A DNA stretch of 39,701 nt, taken from Thermodesulfobacteriota bacterium. GTDB taxonomy: Bacteria > Desulfobacterota > Binatia > UBA12015. Shown one piece after another: positions 17,277-26,556 of this stretch. The notes beneath the pieces were generated by a model. It was not told the DNA's origin and did no database searches. It worked only from the letters and a program-made list of their open reading frames with translations. A program made the translations under genes and the position numbers. The stretch is taken from the NCBI GenBank assembly GCA_040755575.1, contig JBFMAS010000612.1, positions 1 to 39,701 of the forward strand, in the 5' to 3' direction. Each line of letters begins with the position of its first letter. Position 1 is the first letter of the stretch.

Positions 17277-17974
17277 ACGAGCTTCTTGTCGCCCGGATTC
17301 CGCAGCAGGTAGGCCGGATGCAGCGTGGGCATCAGGGGGATGCCGCGGTACTCGTGCCAGACGCCGCGCAGCCTGGTAATCGGCGTCGTCGAGCGCAGCA
17401 GGGTCTGGGCGGCGAACTTGCCGAGCGCGACGATCACCTCCGGCGCGACGAGATCGATCTGGCGCAGCAGGAACGGCGAGCACGCCTCGACCTCGTCCGG
17501 CTCGGGGTTGCGATTGTCCGGCGGACGGCACTTGACGACGTTGCAGATGTAGACGTCGGAGCGGCGGAGCCGCATGCCCTTCTCGATGATGTCCGTCAGG
17601 AGCGCGCCCGCGCGGCCGACGAAGGGCTCGCCGCGCAGGTCCTCGTCGCGCCCGGGCCCCTCGCCGACGAACATCAAGCGCGCGCTCGGGTTGCCGACCC
17701 CGAAGACGATCTGCGTGCGGCCGCCCGCGAGCCGGCAGCGGCGACAATCGCCGATCGCGCCGCGCAGCGCGTCGAGGTCCGGCGCATCGCCGGCCGGCTG
17801 CGCCGCTTCCGGCGTGCGTGCCTCGTCGGGTCGTTGCTCGTCGCCGCCGCTCGCCCGCATACCGTCCCTCCCCGGCAGCGCGAGGCCGAGCGGAATCGAT
17901 CGCGCTCCCGACAGCGCCAGCCACTCGCCGTGTGCCGCGAGCTGCCAGGCGAGCTTGCGAATCTCGCGTTGCAC
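17228..17974 (-). CDS. uracil-DNA glycosylase, family 4 (4Fe-4S)
   Basis: Contains CRRCRL, motif A GEGPGRDED, F.GRAG..L, NVVKCRPP.NR.P and motif B HPAYLLR. Confidence 0.92.
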   Translation of the reverse strand: MQREIRKLAWQLAAHGEWLALSGARSIPLGLALPGRDGMRASGGDEQRPDEARTPEAAQPAGDAPDLDALRGAIGDCRRCRLAGGRTQIVFGVGNPSARLMFVGEGPGRDEDLRGEPFVGRAGALLTDIIEKGMRLRRSDVYICNVVKCRPPDNRNPEPDEVEACSPFLLRQIDLVAPEVIVALGKFAAQTLLRSTTPITRLRGVWHEYRGIPLMPTLHPAYLLRNPGDKKLVWQDIKLVMARLGFDR

Positions 17975-18015
17975 TATTGAGCCATCCCCGCGCAGTCCTT
18001 ACCCTGTGCTGCGCA

Positions 18016-18942
18016 ATGATGCTCGGGTCGTCGGTGGCGGCCGTCGCGCTCGTGGTCGGGGTCCTGCTCGGGCTGCCCGAGGAGGCGCTCGCCTGGGGTC
18101 CGGTGACACACCTGGTGCACGGCTCGATGGTCCTCGACCGCCTCGCGCTGCTGACGCCCGCCCTGCAAGCGCTCCTCGCGCGCCATCCGTACGAGTACCT
18201 CTACGGCTGCATCGGGGCGGACATCATCCAGGCGAAGAAGTTCACGCGCAGCCTCTACACGCACTGCCACCACTGGCGGACGGGCTGGTCGGTGCTCGAG
18301 GCCGCACGCACCGATCCGGAGCGCGCCTTCGCCTACGGCTACCTTTCGCACCTGACCAGCGACACCTTCTCGCACAACTACTATCTCCCGATCCGCTTGA
18401 TCACGAGCTTTCGTGCCCGGCCGATGCGCCACGTCTACTGGGAAGCCCGCTTCGATGCCAACCAGGAGCCGGAGCGCTGGCCCGTTCTCACCGTGGTGGC
18501 GGCGCACGTCTATCCGCATTGCGACGATCTCGTCGAGCGCGTCGTCGAACGAACGCTCTTCTCCTTCAAGACCAACAAGCGGATCTTCGACTCGCTGCTC
18601 GCCTTGCAGCGGCTCGAGTACTGGCAGAACGTCATGCAGCGCGTGACGGGGAGCCAGCGCTACCCGCTCGAGCGCTCCGACATCGACCGCTTCAACACGC
18701 TGAGCGCCGACGCGATCGTGGACATGCTGATCAACGGCAAGGAGTCGAGCTGCCAGGCGGCCGACCCGACCGGCGCGGAGAACCTCTCGCGCGCGAACCA
18801 GATCCGAAAGCGGCTGCGAGCGCTCGCACGCCGCGGCGTGCTCGACATGGAGCGCGAGCACGCGCTCGTGCAGGGCTTCATCCCCGAGCTCGAAGCGGCG
18901 CTCGAAGCGCAGGCGCAGATCCAGGGCAGCGCGCAGGCCTGA
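18016..18942 (+). CDS. exported zinc-dependent phospholipase C-like family protein
   Basis: ATG 18016 is followed by a signal-like segment, then AWGPVTH.., GADIIQ and GYLSHLTSDTFSHN. This His/Asp pattern resembles the zinc-PLC superfamily. The call is from memory without a profile search. Confidence 0.6.
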   Translation: MMLGSSVAAVALVVGVLLGLPEEALAWGPVTHLVHGSMVLDRLALLTPALQALLARHPYEYLYGCIGADIIQAKKFTRSLYTHCHHWRTGWSVLEAARTDPERAFAYGYLSHLTSDTFSHNYYLPIRLITSFRARPMRHVYWEARFDANQEPERWPVLTVVAAHVYPHCDDLVERVVERTLFSFKTNKRIFDSLLALQRLEYWQNVMQRVTGSQRYPLERSDIDRFNTLSADAIVDMLINGKESSCQAADPTGAENLSRANQIRKRLRALARRGVLDMEREHALVQGFIPELEAALEAQAQIQGSAQA

Positions 18943-18958
18943 CGGCCCCGCAGCGCTC

Positions 18959-20242
18959 TCAGCGCGAGCGACGACGCGCGAGACGCAGCCGCTCGCCGGT
19001 TGCTCGACGCCCGGCCTTTGCGGGCTTCCCGGGAGTGCGCCCGCGGCCCCGTACCGCGCGCAGCCCCACGACGCGATCGAGGATCGCATCCGCGACGTCG
19101 TCCTTGTCGAGCAGCGGCAGCCGGCGCTCCTCGCGCGCTTCGATCAGCGTGACGACGTTCGTCTCGACGTCGAAGCCGGCGCCCTCCGCCGTCACGTCGT
19201 TCGCGACGACGAGGTCGAGGCCCTTGCGCGCCATCTTCTCCCGCGCCCGCGCGACGGGATCGCCGGTTTCCGCGGCGAAGCCGACGACGATACGGTCACG
19301 CCGTGCGCGGCCGATGCTCGCGACGATGTCACGGGTGGTCTCGAGCTCGAGCTTCACCGTGCCCTGCACCTTGGCGGGCTTGTCGGCGGCGCGGCGCTTC
19401 GGCCGGTAGTCGGCGACCGCCGCGGCCGCCACCACGACCGACGCGTCCGCGACGTGCGCGTCCACGGCGGCGGCCATCTCGTGCGCCGACTCGACGCGGA
19501 TCACGTCGACGTTGCGCGGGTCGCGCAGCGCCGTCGGCCCGGCGACCAGAACCACGCGGGCGCCACGGCGCGCGGCGGCGCGCGCGACGGCGAATCCCAT
19601 CTTCCCCGACGAGCGGTTGGACAGGAAGCGCACCGGGTCGAGGTACTCGCGCGTCGGGCCGGCCGTCACCAGCACGGTCTCCCCCGCGAGGTCCTGCGGC
19701 GCGAGCGCCGCGCCGACCTCCTCCACGAGCACCTCGGCATCCGGCAGACGGCCCTGCCCCTCGTAGCCGCACGCGAGTGAGCCGGCGTCCGGTGCGACCA
19801 CCCGCACGCCGCGTGCGCGCAGGCGTTGGAGGTTCTCCTGCACGGCCGGGTTGTCGAACATGTGTACGTTCATCGCCGGCGCGAGCACGATCTTGGCGCG
19901 CGTGGCGAGCGCGACGGTCGTGAGCAGGTCGTCGGCCAGCCCGTACGCCAGCTTCGCCACCACGTTCGCCGTCGCGGGAGCGACGAGCAGCGCGTCGGCG
20001 GAGTCGGCGAGGTCGATGTGGCCGATCTGCGACTCCTGCGTCAGGTCCCAGAGGTCGGTCGCGACCGGGTGCCCGGAAAGCGTCTGCAGCGTCAGCGGCG
20101 TGATGAACTGCTGCGCGTTGCGGGTCATGACGACTCGCACCCGCGCGCCGCGCTCGCGCAGCACGCGCACCAGCTCCGCGGCCTTGTAAGCCGCGATGCC
20201 GCCGGTGACGCCGAGAACGACGGTCTTGTCGGTGAGCCTCAT
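18959..20242 (-). CDS. coaBC: bifunctional phosphopantothenoylcysteine decarboxylase / phosphopantothenate-cysteine ligase
   Basis: 427 aa from ATG 20242, which overlaps the upstream stop (ATGA). The flavoprotein motif is LGVTGGIAAYKAAELVR. The CoaB motif is VTAGPTREYLDPVRFLSNRSSGKMG. Confidence 0.95.
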   Translation of the reverse strand: MRLTDKTVVLGVTGGIAAYKAAELVRVLRERGARVRVVMTRNAQQFITPLTLQTLSGHPVATDLWDLTQESQIGHIDLADSADALLVAPATANVVAKLAYGLADDLLTTVALATRAKIVLAPAMNVHMFDNPAVQENLQRLRARGVRVVAPDAGSLACGYEGQGRLPDAEVLVEEVGAALAPQDLAGETVLVTAGPTREYLDPVRFLSNRSSGKMGFAVARAAARRGARVVLVAGPTALRDPRNVDVIRVESAHEMAAAVDAHVADASVVVAAAAVADYRPKRRAADKPAKVQGTVKLELETTRDIVASIGRARRDRIVVGFAAETGDPVARAREKMARKGLDLVVANDVTAEGAGFDVETNVVTLIEAREERRLPLLDKDDVADAILDRVVGLRAVRGRGRTPGKPAKAGRRATGERLRLARRRSR

Positions 20243-21237
20243 GCGGAGCTCGAGACCTCGCTCGGCGCGGCCTTGACGTCGCCCAGCGAGAGGTTGAGGC
20301 GCGACATCGACCACATGCCGAGCCCGATGATCACCACCATCTGCACGAGCCAGTTCAGCACCCCGAAGGTGAAGCCCAGCGACTTCGGCACCCCGAACAG
20401 GCCGAGGGCGATCTCCGACCCGGCCCAGAAGACGCCGATGAAACCGGGCGCCGACGGCACCGAGACCGCGGCCGCGACGACGACCGTCGTCGCGAAGCCG
20501 AGCGGCAGGGGCGGCGCCTGGATGTCGAGGGCGAAGGCGCCCGTGATGAAGCCGAACACCGCCACCAGCCAGATCAGCGCGGAGTAGACGAAGACCGCGA
20601 GGAGGGTACGCGCGTCGCGCAGCCCGCCCACGCCGCGCAGGAACCCGTGCGCGCCTTCTCGGACGATGCGACCGGCGAACGCCGGCAGGCGATCTGCGAC
20701 GCCATGCGTACGCTGCTCGATCCAGGGCGCGTAGCGGACCACGGTGACGAGCACGGCGATCGCGACCGCGACCAGCACGACCATCGTCTGGGCGGCGCTG
20801 CGCAGGAAGTCCCCGGCCGGCACGAGCAGCAGCGTGATGCCCGCGAACAGGCCGAGCATCACCATGTCGAGAAGCCGCTCGATGGCGACGGTGGCGAGCG
20901 CAGCCGGCATGCTGATCCGACCGCCGCGCGCGATCACCAGCGGCTTGATCGCCTCGCCGGCACGCAAGGGCAGCACCATGTTGCCCATGAATCCGATGCA
21001 GGTCGCGTAGAACACGGGGGTATCGCCGAGCGGCCCGAGACCCTCGAGCAAGAGCCGCCAGCGCCGCGCGCGGAGCCACATCGAGGCCGCGGCGAAGAAC
21101 ACCATGGGACCGAGCCAGCCGATGCGGGCGCCGGCGAGATCGCTCCAGAAGCTCCCCAGGTCGACCCCGTGCAGGCTGAACCAGACGGCCGCTGCGGAGA
21201 TCAGCAGCGAGACGGCGATCTGAACCGTGCGGCTCAC
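20239..21237 (-). CDS. UPF0104 / LPG-synthase-TM (flippase-like) family integral membrane protein
   Basis: 332 aa from GTG 21237, which overlaps the mrp stop (GTGA). It has multiple hydrophobic segments plus the family-typical RARRWRLLL and NMVLPLRAGEAIKP motifs. Confidence 0.8.
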   Translation of the reverse strand: MSRTVQIAVSLLISAAAVWFSLHGVDLGSFWSDLAGARIGWLGPMVFFAAASMWLRARRWRLLLEGLGPLGDTPVFYATCIGFMGNMVLPLRAGEAIKPLVIARGGRISMPAALATVAIERLLDMVMLGLFAGITLLLVPAGDFLRSAAQTMVVLVAVAIAVLVTVVRYAPWIEQRTHGVADRLPAFAGRIVREGAHGFLRGVGGLRDARTLLAVFVYSALIWLVAVFGFITGAFALDIQAPPLPLGFATTVVVAAAVSVPSAPGFIGVFWAGSEIALGLFGVPKSLGFTFGVLNWLVQMVVIIGLGMWSMSRLNLSLGDVKAAPSEVSSSA

Positions 21238-22325
21238 GCAGTCGCGACTGGCTGCGGCGGGGCCGCGACGCCGAGCCGTTGCGCCAGCGTCGCCGCGAGA
21301 CGGCGGTAGATCTGCGCGGGCTCCGACCCGGGCGCGGCGAGCACCACGGGATGGCCACGGTCGCCCTCGTCGCGGATGCGGACGTCGAGCGGGATGGTCG
21401 CGAGCAGCGGCGCTCCCGTCGCAGCGGCGAGCGCCTCGCCGCCGCCGTGGCCGAAGATCTCGTCGCGCTCGCCGCACTCCGGGCAGACGAACACGCTCAT
21501 GTTCTCGACGACGCCGAGGATCGGGACGTTCACCTGGCGGAACATCGCGGCACCGCGCACGACGTCGCGCAGCGCCACCTGCTGCGGCGTCGTCACGACG
21601 ACCGCGCCGTCGATGCGGATGCTCTGCGCGAGCGTCAGCTGCGCGTCTCCCGTTCCCGGCGGCAGGTCGACGACCAGCACGTCGAGCTCGCCCCACACGC
21701 AGTCGTTCAGGAACTGGCGCACGAGGCCCGCGACCATCGGACCGCGCCAGATCACCGGCGACGTGTCGTCGAGGAAGAAGCCCATCGACATGCAGCGGAC
21801 GCCGTAGCGCTCGACCGGATGGAAGCGGTTGCCGCCCGCCGCGTGCGGACGCGCCACGGTGCCCATCATGATCGGCAGGCTCGGCCCGTAGACGTCGGCG
21901 TCGAGCAAGCCGGCGCGCAGCCCCGAGGCGGCGAGCGCGCAGGCGAGGTTCGTCGCGACGGTCGACTTGCCGACGCCGCCCTTCGCGCTCGACACCGCCA
22001 GCACGGCACGCACGCCCGGGAGCTCGGCGGCATCCGCATGCGCCTGCGGCGCCTCGCTCGGCGCGGCCGCGTCGGCCGGCCTTGCGGCGGGCACCAGCCG
22101 CGCGCGGATACCGTGCTCTTGCAGCAGCGCGAGCACCTCGCGCTCGAGCACCGGCGGCACGTCGGTCCGTCCCCCCGGGAGCCGCAGCGCGATCTCCAGA
22201 TCCGCCTGCCCGCCGTGGATCTCGGCCACCATGCCGAGCGAAACGATGTCGCGCGGGAAGCCTGGATACTTCACCCTGCCGAGCAGCTCGCGCACGCGCT
22301 CCGGTGTCCGCTTGTCGTCGCTCAT
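21234..22325 (-). CDS. apbC: Mrp/NBP35/ApbC-family iron-sulfur cluster carrier ATPase
   Basis: It has an N-terminal DUF59-like segment (VKYPGFPRDIVSLGMV), the deviant Walker A SAKGGVGKSTVATNLA, and CPECG cluster ligands. Confidence 0.93.
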   Translation of the reverse strand: MSDDKRTPERVRELLGRVKYPGFPRDIVSLGMVAEIHGGQADLEIALRLPGGRTDVPPVLEREVLALLQEHGIRARLVPAARPADAAAPSEAPQAHADAAELPGVRAVLAVSSAKGGVGKSTVATNLACALAASGLRAGLLDADVYGPSLPIMMGTVARPHAAGGNRFHPVERYGVRCMSMGFFLDDTSPVIWRGPMVAGLVRQFLNDCVWGELDVLVVDLPPGTGDAQLTLAQSIRIDGAVVVTTPQQVALRDVVRGAAMFRQVNVPILGVVENMSVFVCPECGERDEIFGHGGGEALAAATGAPLLATIPLDVRIRDEGDRGHPVVLAAPGSEPAQIYRRLAATLAQRLGVAAPPQPVATA

Positions 22326-22394
22326 GACCTCGGCTACGGGGTGAACCTATAACAGGCGGTCGGTGACGGCCAAAACTTGACAGAGGACCGAACG

Positions 22395-23429
22395 GTGAAA
22401 TCATCGGCCGCGGTCGGTCGCCCCGCCACGTCTTCGATGCCAACCGCCTCCACCCCATCCGCCGATGCCGTCGCGGGCTACCTCGGCCCGCTCGCCCTCA
22501 TCACCGACGAGATCGCAGCGGTCGAGAGGCGCATCGCCGAGCTCGCCGTCTCGCGCGAGAGCAAGCTCACGCAGATCGCGAGCGAGCTGATCGACTCGGG
22601 CGGGAAGCGCGTGCGGCCGGCGCTCGCCTTGCTCGTGTTCCGGGCGAACGGAGGCCAGGATCCGCGCGACACCATCGACGTCGGCGCCGCGCTCGAGCTG
22701 ATCCACTCGGCGACGCTGCTGCACGACGACATCCTCGACTCCGGTCGCACTCGACGCGGCCGACCGTCGCCGCTCGCACGCCACGGCGTCGGCATGACGC
22801 TGCTCACCGGGGACTTCCTGTTCACGCGCGCCTTCGGCGTCGCCGGGCGGTTCGACGACACCGTCGTCGGTTGGGCGACCGACGCCTGCGTGAGCCTGTG
22901 CGAGGGCGAGGTGATGCAGCGGCGCTTCAAGCGCAACCCGAGCGTGACGCTCGACGATTACGTCGCGATCGCCGGCTGCAAGACGGCGTCGCTGTTCAGC
23001 CAGGCGGCGCGCATCGGCGCGCGCTTCGCCGGCGCCTCGCACGAGGTCGTCGACGGCATGTACCGGCTCGGCTACGAGATGGGCCTCGGCTTCCAGATGG
23101 TGGACGACCTGCTCGACGTCCTGGGCCCAGCGGAGCTGATCGGCAAGCCCGTCGGCAGTGACCTGCGCGAGGGCGCGCCCGCCCTGCCGATCGTCCTCGG
23201 CCTCGACATCCCCGAGGTCCGCACCGCGTTCCTCAGCGAGCTGCCGAGCGCGGTGACCGTCGATCGCGCGCTGGCGGCCCTGCGCACCTCTCCCGTGATC
23301 GCGCGCGTCCGCGAGCTCGCCGCGGAGCGCATCCGCAGCGCGAGCACGCAGATCGGCCTTCTGCCGCCGTCGCCCTTCCGCTCGGCGCTCGCCGACCTCG
23401 CCGAGGACCTGCTCGCGCGCACGGCCTAG
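22395..23429 (+). CDS. trans-polyprenyl diphosphate synthase (IspB/GGPPS-like)
   Basis: Contains GGKRVRP, the first DDxxD in LLHDDILD and the second in GFQMVDDLLD. The start is ambiguous among TTG 22377, GTG 22395 (GAGGA 7 nt upstream) and ATG 22437. Confidence 0.9.
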   Translation: MKSSAAVGRPATSSMPTASTPSADAVAGYLGPLALITDEIAAVERRIAELAVSRESKLTQIASELIDSGGKRVRPALALLVFRANGGQDPRDTIDVGAALELIHSATLLHDDILDSGRTRRGRPSPLARHGVGMTLLTGDFLFTRAFGVAGRFDDTVVGWATDACVSLCEGEVMQRRFKRNPSVTLDDYVAIAGCKTASLFSQAARIGARFAGASHEVVDGMYRLGYEMGLGFQMVDDLLDVLGPAELIGKPVGSDLREGAPALPIVLGLDIPEVRTAFLSELPSAVTVDRALAALRTSPVIARVRELAAERIRSASTQIGLLPPSPFRSALADLAEDLLARTA

Positions 23430-23516
23430 CCGGCTTCGCTCGGCGTCGCGCCGGATGCGGCGTGGCGGCGCCGCCTTCTAGCGTCGGGTCAGGCGCCACA
23501 CTATCTTCTCCTGCGG

Positions 23517-24506
23517 ATGCCGCTCGACCGCTTTGGGCGCGAGATCGACTACCTCCGCATCTCGCTCACCGACCACTGCAATCTGCGCTGCGTTTACTGC
23601 ATGCCGCTCGCAGGCGCCGCGTACGCGCCGCTCGAGGGCCTGCTGACGGCGGCGGAGATCGAGCGCGTCGTGCGCGCGGCGGCCGGCATCGGCTTCCGCA
23701 AGGTGCGCTTCACCGGCGGCGAGCCGACGCTGCGTCCCGACCTGATCGACATCGTCGGTCGGGTCGCTCGCGTCCCCAGGATCGTGGACGTCGCGCTGAC
23801 CACGAACGGCATCTTGCTGCCGCGGCTCGCAGCGGCCCTCGCCGCGGCGGGGCTCAAGCGGGTGAACGTCCACGTCGACTCGCTCGATCGCGAGCGCGTC
23901 GCTCGCGTGATGCGGTGGGCGACGCTCGAGGACATCTGGGCCGGCATCGAGGCCGCCTGCGCAGCCGGCCTCACGCCGATGAAGCTCAACTGCGTGGTCG
24001 TCAAGGGCTACAACGAGGACGACGTCGTGGACCTCGCACGACTCACGCTCGAGCGCGACTGGCACGTCCGCTTCATCGAGCTGATGCCGCTCGGCGGCGG
24101 CGAGTGCGCGCGCGTCGCGGTCGACGCGTTCGTGTCGAACGTCGACACCCGTGCGCGCGTCGAGCGCGCGCTCGGCGCGCTCCTTCCGCTGCCGCCCGCG
24201 AGCGCGGCCGACGAGTCGCGCAACTATCGCTTCGCGGAGGCAGCCGGCGTCGTCGGATTCATCAACCCGGTGTCCGAGCCCTACTGCGGCACGTGCAACC
24301 GGATGCGGCTCACGGCCGACGGTCGTTTCCACCTCTGTCTCCTGCGCGACGACGAGCTCGACGTGCGAGCCGCGCTGCGCCGCGGCGCGAACGAGGACGA
24401 GATCGCGGCGATCCTGCTGCGCGCCGTCGGCGCGAAGCCGACGGGCCACGAGCTGCATGCCGGCATCTCCACCGTCGAGCGCTCGATGCACCACCTCGGT
24501 GGGTGA
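23517..24506 (+). CDS. moaA: GTP 3',8-cyclase MoaA (radical SAM)
   Basis: Contains the CNLRCVYC radical-SAM cluster motif, a second cluster CGTCNRMRLTADG and the C-terminal Gly-Gly (HHLGG-stop). Confidence 0.95.
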   Translation: MPLDRFGREIDYLRISLTDHCNLRCVYCMPLAGAAYAPLEGLLTAAEIERVVRAAAGIGFRKVRFTGGEPTLRPDLIDIVGRVARVPRIVDVALTTNGILLPRLAAALAAAGLKRVNVHVDSLDRERVARVMRWATLEDIWAGIEAACAAGLTPMKLNCVVVKGYNEDDVVDLARLTLERDWHVRFIELMPLGGGECARVAVDAFVSNVDTRARVERALGALLPLPPASAADESRNYRFAEAAGVVGFINPVSEPYCGTCNRMRLTADGRFHLCLLRDDELDVRAALRRGANEDEIAAILLRAVGAKPTGHELHAGISTVERSMHHLGG

Positions 24507-24557
24507 AGCGTCGTCGGTTGCGCGCGGCTTCGCCGACGCCTTAAAGCAAGCCCGCCC

Positions 24558-25211
24558 ATGAGCAGCCTCGACCTCGAAGAAGCCCGCCGCCTGTTCGGCG
24601 ACGACCTGATCGAGCCCGCAACGCTCTCGGCGCTGCTCGGCAGCGACCCGGCTTCGGTGCCCCTGATCCCGTTCGCCCGCGAGACGGCCGAGGCCGCACA
24701 GCGGTCGGGCTGCATCCTCGTCTACCGGCCCGCGACGCTGCCCGACGGGCGTCCGCTGACGCTCGCGACGTTGGCGGAGGTCGGCAGCGGGCGCAGCGAC
24801 GGCCTCGTCGCGTTTGCGGGAGAGGAGCCCTGGTTCGTCGGCGACCCCGTGGCGGGCGTCGAGCCGGTCGAGGCCGGCTGGGCTCTCGCCGCGAAGGAGC
24901 CGTGGCCGGAGACCATCAACAAGACGTACCCGCTGGCCGAGCAGGCGCTGGCGCGCCGCGCCGGCGCAACACCGTGGCGCCGGCGCCGGGCAGCCGAGAT
25001 CGCGTTCGACACGCTCGCGTTCGCGGCGGCGCGCAGGACGCGGTTGCTCGCCGACCGCTGGGACTGGTCGTCCACGTCGTCGCTCGACGGCGGCTTGCTC
25101 AACGTCGGCGGGTTCAAGGAGTCGGGCCTCGAGGTCCTGTCGTACTCGCGGGCCGTCAAGCATGGAGCCCTCGGCATCTGTCCCACGCTCGTCGGTCACC
25201 CGGGCCGCTGA
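24558..25211 (+). CDS. hypothetical protein (217 aa)
   Basis: Strongly G/C-rich third positions run over the full length. It lies 51 nt after moaA on the same strand. No motif was recognised. Confidence 0.65.
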   Translation: MSSLDLEEARRLFGDDLIEPATLSALLGSDPASVPLIPFARETAEAAQRSGCILVYRPATLPDGRPLTLATLAEVGSGRSDGLVAFAGEEPWFVGDPVAGVEPVEAGWALAAKEPWPETINKTYPLAEQALARRAGATPWRRRRAAEIAFDTLAFAAARRTRLLADRWDWSSTSSLDGGLLNVGGFKESGLEVLSYSRAVKHGALGICPTLVGHPGR

Positions 25212-26211
25212 GCTGGTGATCGTCGGCGGGGGGCCGGTAGGCCTCTACGCCGCGTACTACGCCGGCTTTCGCGGGCTCGACACCGTCCTGCTCGAGGCCC
25301 TGCCGATGCTCGGCGGCCAGATCTCGACCTTCTATCCCGAGAGCACGATCTACGACGTTCCGGGCTTTCCGGCGGTGACGGGGTCCGAGCTCGTCGACCG
25401 CCTCACGGCGCAGATGCGCGCCTTCCCGATCGACGTCCGTCTCGCCGAGGAGGTGGAGGACCTCGCCCGCGACGACGACGGCCTCGTGCTGCGGACGCGC
25501 CGTACCTCGGACGGCGGCGGCGTACGCAACGCGTACCAGGCGCGCGCCGTACTGCTCGCGGCGGGCATCGGAAGCTTCGCGCCGCAGCGGATCAAGGACC
25601 CGGCGATCGCGCGCTTCGAGGGACGCGGCCTGCACTACCATGCTCCTCCTGCGGAGCGCGTCTCCGGGCGCGAGGCGCTCGTGCTGGGTGGCTCGGAGCG
25701 TGCCGTGCAGCTCGCGCTCGGGCTCGCCGCGCAGGGCGCACGCGTGACGCTCGCCCACCGTCGTGACCGGCTCGCAGCAAGCGAGGCGATGCGCCACGAG
25801 CTGGCTGCGTCGCCGGTGCGCTTCCTGCCCTTCCACGACCTGGACGCGCTGCTCGGCACGGAGCGGGTGGAGCGCGCGCGGCTCACCGACCGGCGCGACG
25901 GCAGCCGGCGCGAGGAGCGGGCCGACCTCGTCCTCCCCTGCTACGCGTTCCAGGCGGACGCGAGCGCGCTGCGCCGCTTCGGCGTCCGCCTGGAGGGCGA
26001 CGCCGTGCTGGTCGACTCGCGCATGGCGAGCGACGCGCCTGGCATCTATGCCGCGGGTGACGGCGCCACCTACCCCGGGAAGGTCCGTGTGCTGGCGGCG
26101 GACTTCGGCGAGGCCTGCACGGCGGTCAACAACGTCGCGGCGACGATCGTTCCGGGAGCCCACCTCTTCCCCGGCTACAGCTCGCACCGCAAGGGTGCCG
26201 CGCGTCGCTAG
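25162..26211 (+). CDS. thioredoxin-reductase-like ferredoxin-NADP(+) reductase (type 2 FNR)
   Basis: The FAD motif is LVIVGGGPVGLYAAYYAG, followed by LGGQIS..YPES.IYDVPGF and GIYAAGD. ATG 25162 gives a normal N-terminus but overlaps the upstream gene by 50 nt. The alternative GTG 25216 would truncate beta-1. Confidence 0.85.
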   Translation: MEPSASVPRSSVTRAAELVIVGGGPVGLYAAYYAGFRGLDTVLLEALPMLGGQISTFYPESTIYDVPGFPAVTGSELVDRLTAQMRAFPIDVRLAEEVEDLARDDDGLVLRTRRTSDGGGVRNAYQARAVLLAAGIGSFAPQRIKDPAIARFEGRGLHYHAPPAERVSGREALVLGGSERAVQLALGLAAQGARVTLAHRRDRLAASEAMRHELAASPVRFLPFHDLDALLGTERVERARLTDRRDGSRREERADLVLPCYAFQADASALRRFGVRLEGDAVLVDSRMASDAPGIYAAGDGATYPGKVRVLAADFGEACTAVNNVAATIVPGAHLFPGYSSHRKGAARR

Positions 26212-26278
26212 GGGTGACGTCCCGCGGCGGCGCGCCCGTTTCCAGTGCGCGACCCGGGTGCTAACCTATCTCGTTCCC

Positions 26279-26524
26279 ATGAGCCCGCAGGAGATCCGGC
26301 AGCGCATCGAGCAGCACATCCCGGGCGCGACCGCCGAAGTGCGCGACTACACGGGCACCGGCGACCACTTCGAGGTGCGCGTCGTGGCATCGGCGTTCGA
26401 GGGCAAGCCCCTCATCGAGCGCCACCAGATGATCTACGCCGCGCTCGGAGCGGCGGTCGACGGCCGGACGATCCACGCGCTGTCGCTCAAGACGCTGACC
26501 CCGGCGCAGGCGGCCAAGGCCTGA
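26279..26524 (+). CDS. BolA-family protein
   Basis: 81 aa from ATG 26279. V.D.TGTGDHFEVRVVS..F.G...I.RHQ.IY..L.....G.IHALSLKT is the BolA fold signature. Confidence 0.88.
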   Translation: MSPQEIRQRIEQHIPGATAEVRDYTGTGDHFEVRVVASAFEGKPLIERHQMIYAALGAAVDGRTIHALSLKTLTPAQAAKA

Positions 26525-26556
26525 GCCGCGGACAGGCATCGGAAGGAAGACGAACA

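Noticed and set aside
22377-22382. Perfect TTGACA as the -35 box for the polyprenyl synthase/moaA operon.
   Set aside because: No acceptable -10 hexamer follows at 16-18 nt. The hexamer also sits only 12 nt before the SD-supported GTG 22395 and coincides with the possible TTG start.
23430-23516. Moco riboswitch upstream of moaA.
   Set aside because: The spacer is only 87 nt and I could not recognise the conserved Moco-motif elements. It contains just a short GGCGGCGCCGCC palindrome. A covariance-model scan would be needed to settle this.
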